From Eubacteriales bacterium (GTDB taxonomy: Bacteria > Bacillota > Clostridia > Lachnospirales > Lachnospiraceae), in assembly GCA_030526665.1 (NCBI GenBank), contig JAUNCI010000003.1, positions 1,635 to 65,634 on the forward strand: DNA of 64,000 nucleotides, given 5' to 3'. Positions 44,479-55,096 of the stretch are shown piece by piece (position 1 is the stretch's first letter; each line of letters starts with the position of its first letter). Position numbers and translations under genes: made by a program. Under the pieces are notes generated by a model. It was not told where the DNA came from. It was given only the letters and a program-made list of their open reading frames with translations, and made no database searches.

Positions 44479-45918
44479 TTAATTATTCAGTTTTCTCATT
44501 CCATCCACATAAACCCATCCGGTACTTGAATCATTTAATCGAACCTGAAGCCAAAACTCAGTTTGCTGAATCACTTCATAAACTTCGCCCTCTTCTAATG
44601 TTCCGATGATATTTCCACTAGGATTATCTCTCAGATTAAGATAATCCGTTGCCTGATACAGGTCACCTTTTGGTTTATTTTCAGTTTCTGCCGGCGGTTG
44701 ATCTGCTGCAGTGTTCTCACTGTCAGATGCTTCTGCATTTACATTTTCATTATTTGCAGTATTCTCTTTATTTTCATTATTTGTATTATTTACATCTGCA
44801 TCTGTATTTTCTTTTTCGCCCGGAACACCACTATTGTCAATTTCTGTATTTTCAGTATCCGTATTTTCAGTTCCCGAATCTACAGATTCATTATCTGTGT
44901 TTTCTGCCTCGGATTCTGTCTTATCCTGATCTTCATCTGTTACGGTATCAGTATCATTTTCTTCGTCTTTACTCTCCGATTCATTTTTAATCAATCGGAT
45001 TTTCTGACTGCCTTTTTCCTGTTCTTTTTCCGGTTTTATAATTTCTCTATTGAGCTGAATCGAATTGAAGCACTCAGCTTCTGTTTTAAAACTTGTCTTT
45101 TCGACAGAAAACATCAAAATTCGCAAAGCTTCTGTTGCGTTTTCATCAGAGTTTAAAATTATCGTTTCTCTTACAAATCGACCGGCTCCTTCTTCCGATT
45201 TCATAGCAAGTGTGTAGTCAATTTTAGGCAATTTTCCTAATGTTGTTTTTTCAAATGATAATACCTTATATTTCCCATTTGGATCATCCGCAATATAAGA
45301 ATTCAAAATTCCCTGTTCATCAGATGCCATTACAGAAATATCCTCTTCTTCTGTTTTGGATACCGAAAGGTAACTTCTTCCGTCCTGCGATTCCAGAAAA
45401 TCAATGGCATCGTCCTTTACGATTTGTTCAGAGATTTTCCAATTGGTAAGTTTCATTTTCAGCGGACCATAGATTAATTCATTATCTCTATATACCGCTC
45501 CGTTTTCACACGCTTCAAATAGCTTCTTTACTTCTGTTTCTGATAATTCATTTTTTGCCATTTTATCTGCAGAGAAAATTTTTGACCATTCTATCTCAAT
45601 GCCGGCTTTATACAGGCAATATTGCGTTCCATGAAAAATCAGTCCAAGCAATAGAATAATCCAGATAATTCTAAGTGCGAGATACATCTTATCTTTTTGA
45701 TGTGGTTTTTTGTCCTCAGACGATTCCTTAATTTCTTCTGGTTCAATATCGAGCACAAAATCACTTGGCGGTTCAGCTGCTGTATTTTTTTCTGATTCGC
45801 CTTGTTTTTCTTCAGAAAGATCAAGTAAAACCTGTGCGGAAGAATCAATCATTTCTCCACAGTAGGTACATACCCTGGCCCAGTCCGGCATCTCTCTGCC
45901 ACAATTCGTACATTTCAT
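44479..45918 (-). CDS. Zinc-ribbon / single-TM / extracellular domain / acidic low-complexity / C-terminal SH3b protein
   Basis: I prefer the start MKCTNCGREMPDWARVCTYCG (ATG 45918). TM is LALRIIWIILLLGLIF. An ENT/D-rich tract is followed by an SH3b-like end (YQATDYLNLRDNPSGNIIGTLEEGEVYEV...GWVY). Confidence 0.65.
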   Translation of the reverse strand: MKCTNCGREMPDWARVCTYCGEMIDSSAQVLLDLSEEKQGESEKNTAAEPPSDFVLDIEPEEIKESSEDKKPHQKDKMYLALRIIWIILLLGLIFHGTQYCLYKAGIEIEWSKIFSADKMAKNELSETEVKKLFEACENGAVYRDNELIYGPLKMKLTNWKISEQIVKDDAIDFLESQDGRSYLSVSKTEEEDISVMASDEQGILNSYIADDPNGKYKVLSFEKTTLGKLPKIDYTLAMKSEEGAGRFVRETIILNSDENATEALRILMFSVEKTSFKTEAECFNSIQLNREIIKPEKEQEKGSQKIRLIKNESESKDEENDTDTVTDEDQDKTESEAENTDNESVDSGTENTDTENTEIDNSGVPGEKENTDADVNNTNNENKENTANNENVNAEASDSENTAADQPPAETENKPKGDLYQATDYLNLRDNPSGNIIGTLEEGEVYEVIQQTEFWLQVRLNDSSTGWVYVDGMRKLNN

Positions 45919-46203
45919 ATATTTTCCCAACCTGTTTTCTAGTTTCGTTGATTGTATATTACATAGAATTTTTTGAAAATCATATAAAAGATCATATGAG
46001 AGATTATTAAATTTCATATTGAAACTTAATGATTCCAAATACAATCACAGCCAAAACAATTGTAACATTTTTTTAACAAAATCTGTATTTTCTGTTTTAT
46101 ACATATTATAAACCCAGTTCCTTGAAATGTATACATCTCCTCAAAACAACTTTTCATTCAACGATTTCCTTATCGTTTACGTTTAATTTCAGGAATAACC
46201 ATC

Positions 46204-46247
46204 AAAAAAAGAATGCGGTCCAAATATAATTCGGAGCCACATTCTTT
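46204..46247 (-). terminator. Intrinsic terminator after carB
   Basis: On the minus strand, AAAGAATGTGGCTCC ... GGACCGCATTCTTT is followed by TTTTTTT. Confidence 0.75.
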
Positions 46248-46280
46248 TATAATAAACATATTTATTTACTTATGAATTCC

Positions 46281-49200
46281 TTATCTTGGTTTGATCTGAG
46301 CATGAAGTTCCTGAAGTGATTTTACTTCAGACTGTTCCTGTTTCTGTGCTGCTCTAATACCTGCAACCGTTGCCTTTGCAGCTGCGATTGTTGTGATATA
46401 TGGAACTTTTTTCTTGATTGCACTTTTACGCAGATAACTGTCATCATCTACACCGTTAAGGTCAGGTGTATTGATAATAAGGTCGATTTTGCCATTTGTG
46501 ATCAAGTCATTGATATTCGGACGTCCCTCCTGCAGTTTCAGAACCGGTTCAGATTCTACACCGATATCGGTAAGCAGTCTGTGTGTTCCTTTTGTTGCAA
46601 GAATCTTCATACCTGTTTCTGCAAGTTCTTTACCGAGCATTGCAGCTTCTGCTTTATCTTTCTGGCTGATAGAAATCAGTACTGTACCACTTGTAGGAAG
46701 TTTTGTCTGTGTTGCCTCCTGTGCTTTATAGAAAGCTTCACCGGCATTTTCAGACAGACCAAGTACTTCACCTGTGGATCTCATTTCCGGTCCGAGAAGC
46801 GGGTCTACTTCCGGGAACATGTTGAATGGGAATACAGCTTCTTTAACGCCATAATATGGAATATTCTGCTCTTTCAATTCCGGTACCGGAGATGGCTTTC
46901 CGGTTAATTCTCTTGTCATAATTTCTGTTGCAAGCGGTACCATACGGATGTTGCAAACCTTAGATACAAGCGGAACAGTTCTGGATGCACGAGGATTTGC
47001 TTCGAGTACATAGATCGTATCTCCCTCGATTGCATACTGCATATTCATCAGACCTTCTACATGCATTTCTTCTGCAATTCTTCTTGTATATTCTTTGATT
47101 GTTGCAACATGTTTTTCGCTAAGGTGCTGTGATGGAATGATACAAGCAGAGTCACCTGAATGAACACCTGCAAGCTCGATATGCTCCATAACAGCCGGTA
47201 CAAACGCATGTTTTCCGTCAGCGATTGCATCTGCTTCGCATTCAACTGCATTTCTGAGGAAACGGTCGATCAGGATCGGACGGTCAGGTGTTACACCTAC
47301 CGCTGCTTTCATATAGCCTACCATGCTCTCTGCATCGTAAACAACTTCCATTCCTCGTCCGCCAAGTACGTAGGAAGGACGTACCATTACCGGATATCCG
47401 ATTCTCTCTGCAATTTCCAGAGCATCTTCAACTGTAACAGCCATTCCTGCTTCCGGCATTGGAATTTCAAGTTTGTTCATCATAGCGCGGAACTGATCAC
47501 GGTCTTCTGCCAGGTCAATAATTGCCGGAGAAGTTCCGAGAATCTTCACACCATTTTTCTCCAGATCAGCTGCAAGGTTCAATGGTGTCTGACCACCGAA
47601 CTGTGCGATAACGCCAACCGGTTTTTCTTTTTTGTAAATACTCAGAACATCTTCGAGTGTAAGAGGTTCAAAGTACAGTTTATCAGATGTATCGTAGTCT
47701 GTAGAAACAGTTTCCGGATTACAGTTTACGATAATTGTTTCAAATCCAAGTTTTTTCAATGCAAGTGAAGCATGAACACAGCAATAGTCAAACTCAATAC
47801 CCTGACCGATACGGTTTGGTCCACCGCCAAGAATCATGATTTTCTGTTTGCCTTCTGTTACAGGATTTTTGTCTTCTGCATTATATGTAGAATAGTAATA
47901 AGCACTGTCATCTGTACCACTTACATGTACGCCTTCCCATGCTTCTTCTACACCAAGTTCAATACGTTTATTTCGAACATCATCTTCCGGAACTTCCAGG
48001 ATTTTTGCAAGATATTTATCTGAGAAGCCGTCTTTTTTCGCCTGAATCAGAGCAACATCTGCAGGAAGCTGTCCTTTGTTTTCCATAAGTGCATTTTCTT
48101 CTTCAACAAGTTCCAGCATCTGTTCCAGGAAATAATGCTTTACTTTTGTAATTTCATGAATTTCTTCTACTGTTGCACCTTTACGAAGTGCTTCGTACAT
48201 TACGAAGTAACGCTGGCTGGATGGTGTGATCAGTCTTTTCAGAAGTTCTTCTTTTGAAAGACTGTCATAGTTTTTGGAATGACCCAGTCCATAATTTCCG
48301 TTTTCAAGGCTTCGGATTGCTTTCTGGAATGCTTCTTTGAAGTTTTTACCAATACTCATAACTTCGCCGACAGCACGCATCTGTGTGCCAAGCTTATCTT
48401 CAACACCTTTGAATTTTTCAAACGCCCAGCGAGCAAATTTGATAACTACATAATCTCCGTCCGGAACGTATTTATCAAGTGTTCCGTATTTTCCACATGG
48501 AAGATCTGCAAGTGTCAGACCTGTAGCAAGTTTTGCTGATACAAGAGCGATCGGAAAACCTGTTGCTTTTGAAGCAAGAGCGGAAGAACGAGATGTTCTA
48601 GGGTTGATTTCGATAATGATATCTCTATCTGTAACCGGATCATGAGCCCACTGAACGTTAGTTCCACCGATTACCTGAATCGCTTCTACGATTTTATATG
48701 ATTTTTCCTGAAGACGTTTCTGTACTTCTTCGGAAATTGTAAGCATTGGAGCTGAACAGAAAGAATCTCCTGTATGGATACCAAGCGGGTCGATATTTTC
48801 GATAAAGCAGACTGTGATCATGTTGTTATCTTTGTCACGAACTACCTCTAACTCTAATTCTTCCCATCCAAGAATGGATTCTTCTACAAGTACCTGACCT
48901 ACAAGGCTGGCCTGAAGTCCACGGGCGCAGACTTTTTTCAGTTCTTCTACATTGTATACAAGACCGCCGCCGGTTCCACCCATCGTGTATGCAGGACGAA
49001 GTACTACCGGATATCCAAGTTTGTCAGCGATTGCAAGAGCTTCGTCAACACTGTATGCAACTTCACTTCTTGCCATTTCAATTCCAAGACTTTCCATAGT
49101 CTTTTTGAACTCAATTCGGTCTTCGCCTCTCTCGATCGCATCGATCTGAACGCCGATTACCTCTACGCCATATTTATCAAGGATACCTTTCTGAGCCATC

Positions 49201-49502
49201 TCAGAACATAAATTAAGGCCAGATTGTCCACCTAAATTAGGCAATACAGCATCTGGTCTTTCTTTGGCAATAATCTTCTCAATTCTTTCTGCATTGAGAG
49301 GTTCAATATAAGTAACGTCAGCTATCTCAGGATCAGTCATGATGGTAGCCGGATTCGAATTTACGAGGACAATTTCATAACCCAGACTGCGTAATGCTTT
49401 ACAAGCCTGAGTTCCAGAATAATCAAATTCACATGCCTGACCGATAATAATAGGGCCAGAACCGATAATCAAAACTTTGTGAATGTCTTTTCTATTTGAC
49501 AT
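46281..49502 (-). CDS. carB: Carbamoyl-phosphate synthase large subunit
   Basis: 1073 aa with duplicated ATP-grasp halves and an MGS-like C-terminal domain. Very high family resemblance. Confidence 0.97.
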   Translation of the reverse strand: MSNRKDIHKVLIIGSGPIIIGQACEFDYSGTQACKALRSLGYEIVLVNSNPATIMTDPEIADVTYIEPLNAERIEKIIAKERPDAVLPNLGGQSGLNLCSEMAQKGILDKYGVEVIGVQIDAIERGEDRIEFKKTMESLGIEMARSEVAYSVDEALAIADKLGYPVVLRPAYTMGGTGGGLVYNVEELKKVCARGLQASLVGQVLVEESILGWEELELEVVRDKDNNMITVCFIENIDPLGIHTGDSFCSAPMLTISEEVQKRLQEKSYKIVEAIQVIGGTNVQWAHDPVTDRDIIIEINPRTSRSSALASKATGFPIALVSAKLATGLTLADLPCGKYGTLDKYVPDGDYVVIKFARWAFEKFKGVEDKLGTQMRAVGEVMSIGKNFKEAFQKAIRSLENGNYGLGHSKNYDSLSKEELLKRLITPSSQRYFVMYEALRKGATVEEIHEITKVKHYFLEQMLELVEEENALMENKGQLPADVALIQAKKDGFSDKYLAKILEVPEDDVRNKRIELGVEEAWEGVHVSGTDDSAYYYSTYNAEDKNPVTEGKQKIMILGGGPNRIGQGIEFDYCCVHASLALKKLGFETIIVNCNPETVSTDYDTSDKLYFEPLTLEDVLSIYKKEKPVGVIAQFGGQTPLNLAADLEKNGVKILGTSPAIIDLAEDRDQFRAMMNKLEIPMPEAGMAVTVEDALEIAERIGYPVMVRPSYVLGGRGMEVVYDAESMVGYMKAAVGVTPDRPILIDRFLRNAVECEADAIADGKHAFVPAVMEHIELAGVHSGDSACIIPSQHLSEKHVATIKEYTRRIAEEMHVEGLMNMQYAIEGDTIYVLEANPRASRTVPLVSKVCNIRMVPLATEIMTRELTGKPSPVPELKEQNIPYYGVKEAVFPFNMFPEVDPLLGPEMRSTGEVLGLSENAGEAFYKAQEATQTKLPTSGTVLISISQKDKAEAAMLGKELAETGMKILATKGTHRLLTDIGVESEPVLKLQEGRPNINDLITNGKIDLIINTPDLNGVDDDSYLRKSAIKKKVPYITTIAAAKATVAGIRAAQKQEQSEVKSLQELHAQIKPR

Positions 49503-49692
49503 GTTATGCCTCCTTAAAAGTCGTGTTTTTACTTAATGATAGATTCTACACTGATTTTTCTCATTTTTCAAGTACAAATAAAATGTAAATTTTGTATTTA
49601 ATCATTTTTTAACATCTATCTATCCGGATAAAAATTTGCAGATCAGTTTCTATTTTCCCTCTTCTCCTTATGAAAAGAGGGAAATATCTCTG

Positions 49693-50979
49693 CTAAAACA
49701 GTTTTAATACATCATTGTACATAACAAATACCATCATTACCATCAGAAGAACAAATCCTGCAAAATGTATTCCGCCTTCCACATTTCGGTTCACCGGTTT
49801 TCGCCGGATCGCTTCCAAAATCAAAAACACCAGACGTCCTCCGTCCAATGCAGGCAGAGGAAGCAGATTCATTACACCAAGGTTTGCAGTCAGCAAAGTA
49901 GCCATATATAACATATTTACGATCACAGTTAAAAGGCCTTCGCTTTTACTCTGCTCATATGTATCGCCAATAGCATCCACAACTCCGACCGGACCGCTGA
50001 GTTCCTTTACATCGAGATGTCCGCTTACAAGTTCCTTTAAGCTGAAAATGGTGGAACGAATCAGAAATTTCACTTCTACGGCTCCGTATTTCACAACATC
50101 CAGACCGGATACTCTCTGCAATGCAAGATTATAGGAAAATCCGGCATCCGGTGTCTGATATTCCGCAGGAACGATTTTCTTTTCATATTCCAATCCATCA
50201 CGAACAAAGGTAATGGTTACTTCTTCATTGCCAAGCGGATGCTCACTGATATATTCGCTGTAAGATCCGGCTTTCGTCACATCGACACCATTGATAGATG
50301 TAATCACATCACCTACTTCCAATCCTGCCTGTTCCAATGGAAGCCCGGGAATCAGCGATGCAACTCTCATTTCATTCTCCGGATCCTGATTAAATCCTAA
50401 TAAATATCTCGATATAATACCCGGCTGATACGAAATATTGATTTTTTCACCATCTCGAATCACTTCCAGTTCAATCGTTTCATTCGCTTTGATTTCTCTT
50501 AAATATGTATACAGATATAAGTCATCACTCATATCGATGTGATATCCATTAAATCGCGTGATCACATCTCCGGTCTGAAGTCCTGCCTCTTCTGCCGTAG
50601 AACCGCTTTTTACGGAAGTAATTTCCGCCGGACTATAGCCTCTGAAGCCAACAATGATGACAGCCAGAATCATAGCAAGTATAAAGTTAAAAACCGGACC
50701 TGCTGCAACCACTGCAATTCTTTTACCAACGGGCGCACTGTTAAAGGTACCAGGAGCATCATCATCCATATCCTCACCTGCCATCGCACAAGATCCGCCA
50801 AACGGCAATGCTTTCAAAGAGTATCTGGTTCCATTTTTCTCTGTACTCCAGATTCTCGGTCCCATTCCAAGCGAAAATTCATTGACTGTGATACCGCTCC
50901 ATTTAGCCAATAAAAAGTGGCCTGATTCATGTATTAATACTATCGCACTAAAAATAACAATAGCGATAATGATTTTCAA
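49693..50979 (-). CDS. rseP: RIP site-2 metalloprotease RseP/RasP
   Basis: 428 aa with HESGH zinc motif, two PDZ-like regions and the LPLPALDGG motif. Confidence 0.9.
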   Translation of the reverse strand: MKIIIAIVIFSAIVLIHESGHFLLAKWSGITVNEFSLGMGPRIWSTEKNGTRYSLKALPFGGSCAMAGEDMDDDAPGTFNSAPVGKRIAVVAAGPVFNFILAMILAVIIVGFRGYSPAEITSVKSGSTAEEAGLQTGDVITRFNGYHIDMSDDLYLYTYLREIKANETIELEVIRDGEKINISYQPGIISRYLLGFNQDPENEMRVASLIPGLPLEQAGLEVGDVITSINGVDVTKAGSYSEYISEHPLGNEEVTITFVRDGLEYEKKIVPAEYQTPDAGFSYNLALQRVSGLDVVKYGAVEVKFLIRSTIFSLKELVSGHLDVKELSGPVGVVDAIGDTYEQSKSEGLLTVIVNMLYMATLLTANLGVMNLLPLPALDGGRLVFLILEAIRRKPVNRNVEGGIHFAGFVLLMVMMVFVMYNDVLKLF

Positions 50980-50980
50980 T

Positions 50981-52123
50981 TTACCACCTGCTTTCGATCC
51001 ACTGATATACTGCTTGTTCTGTTGTCAGAATCTCATCGAGATTCGGATTTTCAATTACCGTATGGTGATCCATGGACTGCTGAATAATGTCATAGATATC
51101 CAGGAAGCTGATTTTCTGTTCCAGGAATTTTTTTACAGCCAATTCATTCGAGGCATTGAAAACGGTTGGCATACTGCCTCCGACTGAAGAGGCCTTCATT
51201 GCCATTGGAAGCCCCAGAAATGTATTCATATCCGGCTCTTCGAATGTAATTTGTTTCAAAGTAGAAAAATCAAGACGCTCTCCGTCCAGATATCTTCTCT
51301 CAGGATAATACAGCGCATACTGTATCGGGAGACGCATATCCGGAGTTCCCAGCTGTGCCATTACCGCACCGTCTTTAAATTCAACCATGGAATGAATGAT
51401 ACTCTGTGGCTGCACAACAACCTGAATATGATCCAGGTCCATATCAAACAGCCATTTTGCTTCCATGACCTCAAGACCTTTATTGACCAGAGTTGCTGAA
51501 TCAACCGTGATTTTCTGTCCCATCACCCAGTTTGGATGTTTTAAAGTATCTGCCAGTGTAACTGTCTTTAACTCCTCTCTCGTTCTTCCTCGGAAAGGTC
51601 CACCGGAAGCTGTAATCAGAAGTTTATGAATTTCTCCATGTTTTTCTCCATGTAATGCCTGGAAAATAGCACTGTGTTCACTATCCACAGGAAGAATACG
51701 AACGCCATATTCTTTTGCCATTGGCATTATGAGATGTCCGGCAGTTACCAGTGTTTCTTTGTTTGCCAGCGCAATATCTTTTCCGGCACGAATCGCTTCC
51801 ATCGTTGGGCGAATTCCTATCATACCTACGATTGCAGTTACCAGAATATCGGATTCCGGCATAGCTGCCAGTTCCAGAAGTCCATCCATACCGGTGACAA
51901 TTCTGATCTGCAGATCAGCCACTTTTGTTCTCAGTTCTTCTGCCGCTGTTTCATCCCATACTGCTACGAGCTTTGGATGAAATTCTCGAATCTGTTCTTC
52001 CAGCATTTTTATATTTCTGCCGGCACTAATTCCCACTACTTCAATATCTTTATTTTTTCGTGCCACATCGAGTGTCTGTGTACCGATGGAGCCCGTTGAG
52101 CCCAAAATCGCAATTTTTTTCAT
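50981..52123 (-). CDS. dxr: 1-deoxy-D-xylulose 5-phosphate reductoisomerase
   Basis: 380 aa with GSTGSIG and the PVDSEHSAIFQ motif. Confidence 0.95.
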   Translation of the reverse strand: MKKIAILGSTGSIGTQTLDVARKNKDIEVVGISAGRNIKMLEEQIREFHPKLVAVWDETAAEELRTKVADLQIRIVTGMDGLLELAAMPESDILVTAIVGMIGIRPTMEAIRAGKDIALANKETLVTAGHLIMPMAKEYGVRILPVDSEHSAIFQALHGEKHGEIHKLLITASGGPFRGRTREELKTVTLADTLKHPNWVMGQKITVDSATLVNKGLEVMEAKWLFDMDLDHIQVVVQPQSIIHSMVEFKDGAVMAQLGTPDMRLPIQYALYYPERRYLDGERLDFSTLKQITFEEPDMNTFLGLPMAMKASSVGGSMPTVFNASNELAVKKFLEQKISFLDIYDIIQQSMDHHTVIENPNLDEILTTEQAVYQWIESRW

Positions 52124-52144
52124 AATATACCTCTTTTTTATTTG

Positions 52145-52939
52145 TTATGCCCCAATCAGCAGAACGCAAAGATAATAAATAATAGGTGCAGTAAAAATCA
52201 CACTGTCGAAACGATCCAGAATACCTCCATGTCCCGGAATCAGTCTTCCATAATCTTTGATTCCTTTATTTCGCTTAATTGCTGATGCTGCAAGGTCACC
52301 CACCATCGAAATCAGGGCACCTACCGCACAGATTACCGCATATTTCCAAACTTCTGCACCAAAGACAGCTGCATATCCGGCGCCGAGTCCTGCAGCACCT
52401 ATGACACCGCCAAAAGCTCCTTCAATTGATTTTTTCGGACTAAGGACCGGAGCCATTTTGTGTTTTCCGATCAGCACACCCACACAGTACGCACAGGTAT
52501 CGCATCCCCATGAGCACAGGAAAATCAACCATACCAGAATTTTTCCATTGTCCAGACATCTTGTCAGATAAATAAAAGACATCATAACCGCAACATAAAA
52601 AATCCCGAAAAATGCAGGCATCACTTGGTCGGCTGTGTATTTCGGATAGGCAAACACATATACAAACATCAATACCAAAAATGCAACCATAATTGCCATT
52701 AATCCATACTTATTAAAATCAATAAGTAAAACGCCATAGTACAGAATCGCTCCCAGGTAACCGGCAATTTCCAAAGATGTAAATTTGTCCGTATGGACAT
52801 TCATAACTTTATATAATTCCTGCATCCCGATTAATGAAATTCCCAAAAGTGTAAAAAACAAAATATAGTTTCCGCTGATGATCACCGCCAGAGCGATCGC
52901 TACCAGAACAATTCCGCTGATCAAACGTGTTTTAAACAT
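52145..52939 (-). CDS. cdsA: Phosphatidate cytidylyltransferase
   Basis: 264-aa membrane protein with the signature SAIKRNKGIKDYGRLIPGHGGILDRFDS. Confidence 0.9.
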   Translation of the reverse strand: MFKTRLISGIVLVAIALAVIISGNYILFFTLLGISLIGMQELYKVMNVHTDKFTSLEIAGYLGAILYYGVLLIDFNKYGLMAIMVAFLVLMFVYVFAYPKYTADQVMPAFFGIFYVAVMMSFIYLTRCLDNGKILVWLIFLCSWGCDTCAYCVGVLIGKHKMAPVLSPKKSIEGAFGGVIGAAGLGAGYAAVFGAEVWKYAVICAVGALISMVGDLAASAIKRNKGIKDYGRLIPGHGGILDRFDSVIFTAPIIYYLCVLLIGA

Positions 52940-53648
52940 TTGTATCCTCCTTCACGCCGCCGTAACGTCGATCTCTTCCATTATATTTTTCGATAGCCTC
53001 GATAAGTTCTTTTTTGCCAAAATCAGGCCAGGCAACATCTGTAAAATAGAACTCTGTATAAGCAAGCTGCCATAACAGATAGTTTGAAAGTCTCTGCTCT
53101 CCGCTTGTACGAATCAACAGATCGGGATCAGGGATTCCCGCTGTATCGAGATAGCTTTCAATTGTACTTTCCTCGATTTCTTCCGGTTTTAATTCTCCGT
53201 TTTCCACATCTTTTGCAAGTTTACGAACGGCACGTTTAATTTCATCTCGGCTTCCGTAATTTAAGGCAATCTGAAAATAAATACTGTCAAAATCTTTGGA
53301 ATATTCTTCCAGTTCAATGATGGACTGCTGAATATCCTCATCAAACGCAGTGATATCACCGATAATTTTGACTCTCATATTATTTTTCTTTGCACTTTTC
53401 ATACACTTTTTCAAATAACTGCGGAATAATTTCATTAACCCTTCCACTTCTTCTTTTGAACGTTTCCAGTTCTCAGTCGAAAAAGCATACACTGTCAGAT
53501 ATTTTACTCCGACATCTTTGATATGATCACAGATTTTCTCCAGATTGGCACATCCTTTAACGTGTCCGTAGCTGCGAGGCATTCCCTTCGCTTTTGCCCA
53601 ACGGCCGTTACCATCCAGAATAATCGCTATATGATTCGGAACATTCAT
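52932..53648 (-). CDS. uppS: Isoprenyl transferase (undecaprenyl diphosphate synthase)
   Basis: I prefer the start MNVPNHIAIILDGNGRWA (ATG 53648) with AGGAGG upstream. The ORF extends to 53705. Confidence 0.9.
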   Translation of the reverse strand: MNVPNHIAIILDGNGRWAKAKGMPRSYGHVKGCANLEKICDHIKDVGVKYLTVYAFSTENWKRSKEEVEGLMKLFRSYLKKCMKSAKKNNMRVKIIGDITAFDEDIQQSIIELEEYSKDFDSIYFQIALNYGSRDEIKRAVRKLAKDVENGELKPEEIEESTIESYLDTAGIPDPDLLIRTSGEQRLSNYLLWQLAYTEFYFTDVAWPDFGKKELIEAIEKYNGRDRRYGGVKEDTNV

Positions 53649-53716
53649 CCTATATTTCCTCCTTATACGCGCAAAGAGAGCCCTTTGACCGAGCTCTCTT
53701 TCCACACCTTTAAAGA

Positions 53717-54271
53717 CTATACAGTCATAATTTCTTTTGTCTTTACTTCTACTGCTGCATCAATATTTTTGATAAATTTATCTGTAGATTTCTGAATCTG
53801 AGTTTCAAGATCTTTGATTTCATCCTCAGAAACATCTGCCTGTTTTGCTAATTTTTTGAATGCATCATTTGCGTCACGACGAATGTTACGGATTGCAACT
53901 TTTCCGGCTTCGCCTTTTTTCTTAACATCTTTTGCAAGATCTTTACGACGTTCTTCTGTTAATTCAGGGAAAACCAATCTGATAATTTTTCCGTCATTAC
54001 TTGGGTTTAATCCAAGGTCTGAAGTAAGAATAGCTTTTTCAATCGCTTTGATTAAACTTGCTTCCCATGGCTGAATCTGAATCATTCGAGCTTCTGGTAC
54101 CGTAATATTTGCTACCTGCTGAAGAGGTGTAGGTGCTCCATAGTAATCTACAGTAAGCTTATCCAGAATATGTGGATTTGCACGACCTGCACGGATGGAT
54201 GCCAGTTCTGCTTCGAGACTGGAGATTGTTTTTTTCATTTTTTCTTCATATTTCTGAATTCTTTCGTCCAT
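53717..54271 (-). CDS. frr: Ribosome recycling factor
   Basis: 184 aa, typical Frr sequence (VDYYGAPTPLQQVANI). Confidence 0.95.
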   Translation of the reverse strand: MDERIQKYEEKMKKTISSLEAELASIRAGRANPHILDKLTVDYYGAPTPLQQVANITVPEARMIQIQPWEASLIKAIEKAILTSDLGLNPSNDGKIIRLVFPELTEERRKDLAKDVKKKGEAGKVAIRNIRRDANDAFKKLAKQADVSEDEIKDLETQIQKSTDKFIKNIDAAVEVKTKEIMTV

Positions 54272-54337
54272 TTTGTTCTCTCCCTTAAATATAATTTTCG
54301 CATCTATTCAGTATCTTCAAAGATACATTTTTTATTT

Positions 54338-55033
54338 CTACACGGTAACTTTTGTACCGGAGAATTTTCCGTGAACAGTGTTGATAATACTGTCTTTTTC
54401 GTCCAGACCAAATACCAGCATTGGCATTTTCTGTTCCAGACACATAATGGATGCTGTAAGGTCCATAGCAGCAAGTTTTTTGTCTACCACTTCCTGAATT
54501 GTAATTTCATCATATTTCACAGCATCAGGGTTTAATTTCGGATCGCTGTCATAAATTCCATCAACTGCTTTTGCAAGAAGAATAGCTTCCGCTTCAATCT
54601 CAACTGCACGAAGTACGGTTGCAGTATCCGTTGAGAAATATGGATGTCCTGTACCACCGGCAAAAAATACGACCTTCCCCTGATCAAAGCTTTCTTCTAC
54701 TGCATCTTTGGAATACAGAGATGTGAAAGCGCCACAGGTAAACGGTGTGTAGATTACTGTTTTTAATCCAACATATCTGCAGATATCAGATACATAAATG
54801 CAATTCATGATGGTTGCCAGCATACCGATCTGATCTGCTTTATTTCGATCAATTGTCTCACTGGTTCTTCCACGCCAGAAATTACCGCCGCCGATTACAA
54901 TACCAACTTCTAATCCTTCATCCACAATTGTCTTGATCTGTTTTGCTACTTCAATAACAGTTGCTTCATCAAATCCTGTTTTCTTTTCGCCGGCGAGTGC
55001 TTCCCCGCTTAATTTCAAAAGTACTCTCTTCAT
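54338..55033 (-). CDS. pyrH: UMP kinase
   Basis: 231 aa with KRVLLKLSGEAL and GGGNFWRG motifs. Confidence 0.95.
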   Translation of the reverse strand: MKRVLLKLSGEALAGEKKTGFDEATVIEVAKQIKTIVDEGLEVGIVIGGGNFWRGRTSETIDRNKADQIGMLATIMNCIYVSDICRYVGLKTVIYTPFTCGAFTSLYSKDAVEESFDQGKVVFFAGGTGHPYFSTDTATVLRAVEIEAEAILLAKAVDGIYDSDPKLNPDAVKYDEITIQEVVDKKLAAMDLTASIMCLEQKMPMLVFGLDEKDSIINTVHGKFSGTKVTV

Positions 55034-55096
55034 ATGTGATAAGTTCCTCTCGTGTGTTTTTGTTAATTGTATTCCGTATCTTTTTTATGCAGTTTT

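Noticed and set aside
44700-44960. DNA-level repeats in the zinc-ribbon/SH3 gene, and similar ones at about 55280-55400 in the lipoprotein gene
   Set aside because: They encode in-frame acidic or polar low-complexity linkers (ENT..., SDNQNQNQN), so they are coding compositional bias rather than separate repeat elements.
49651-49685. Hairpin CCCTCTT...AAGAGGG as the terminator of the rseP operon
   Set aside because: The stem is real, but on the minus strand it is followed by an A-rich rather than a T-rich tract. I therefore do not call it an intrinsic terminator, although it may still act as a stability element.
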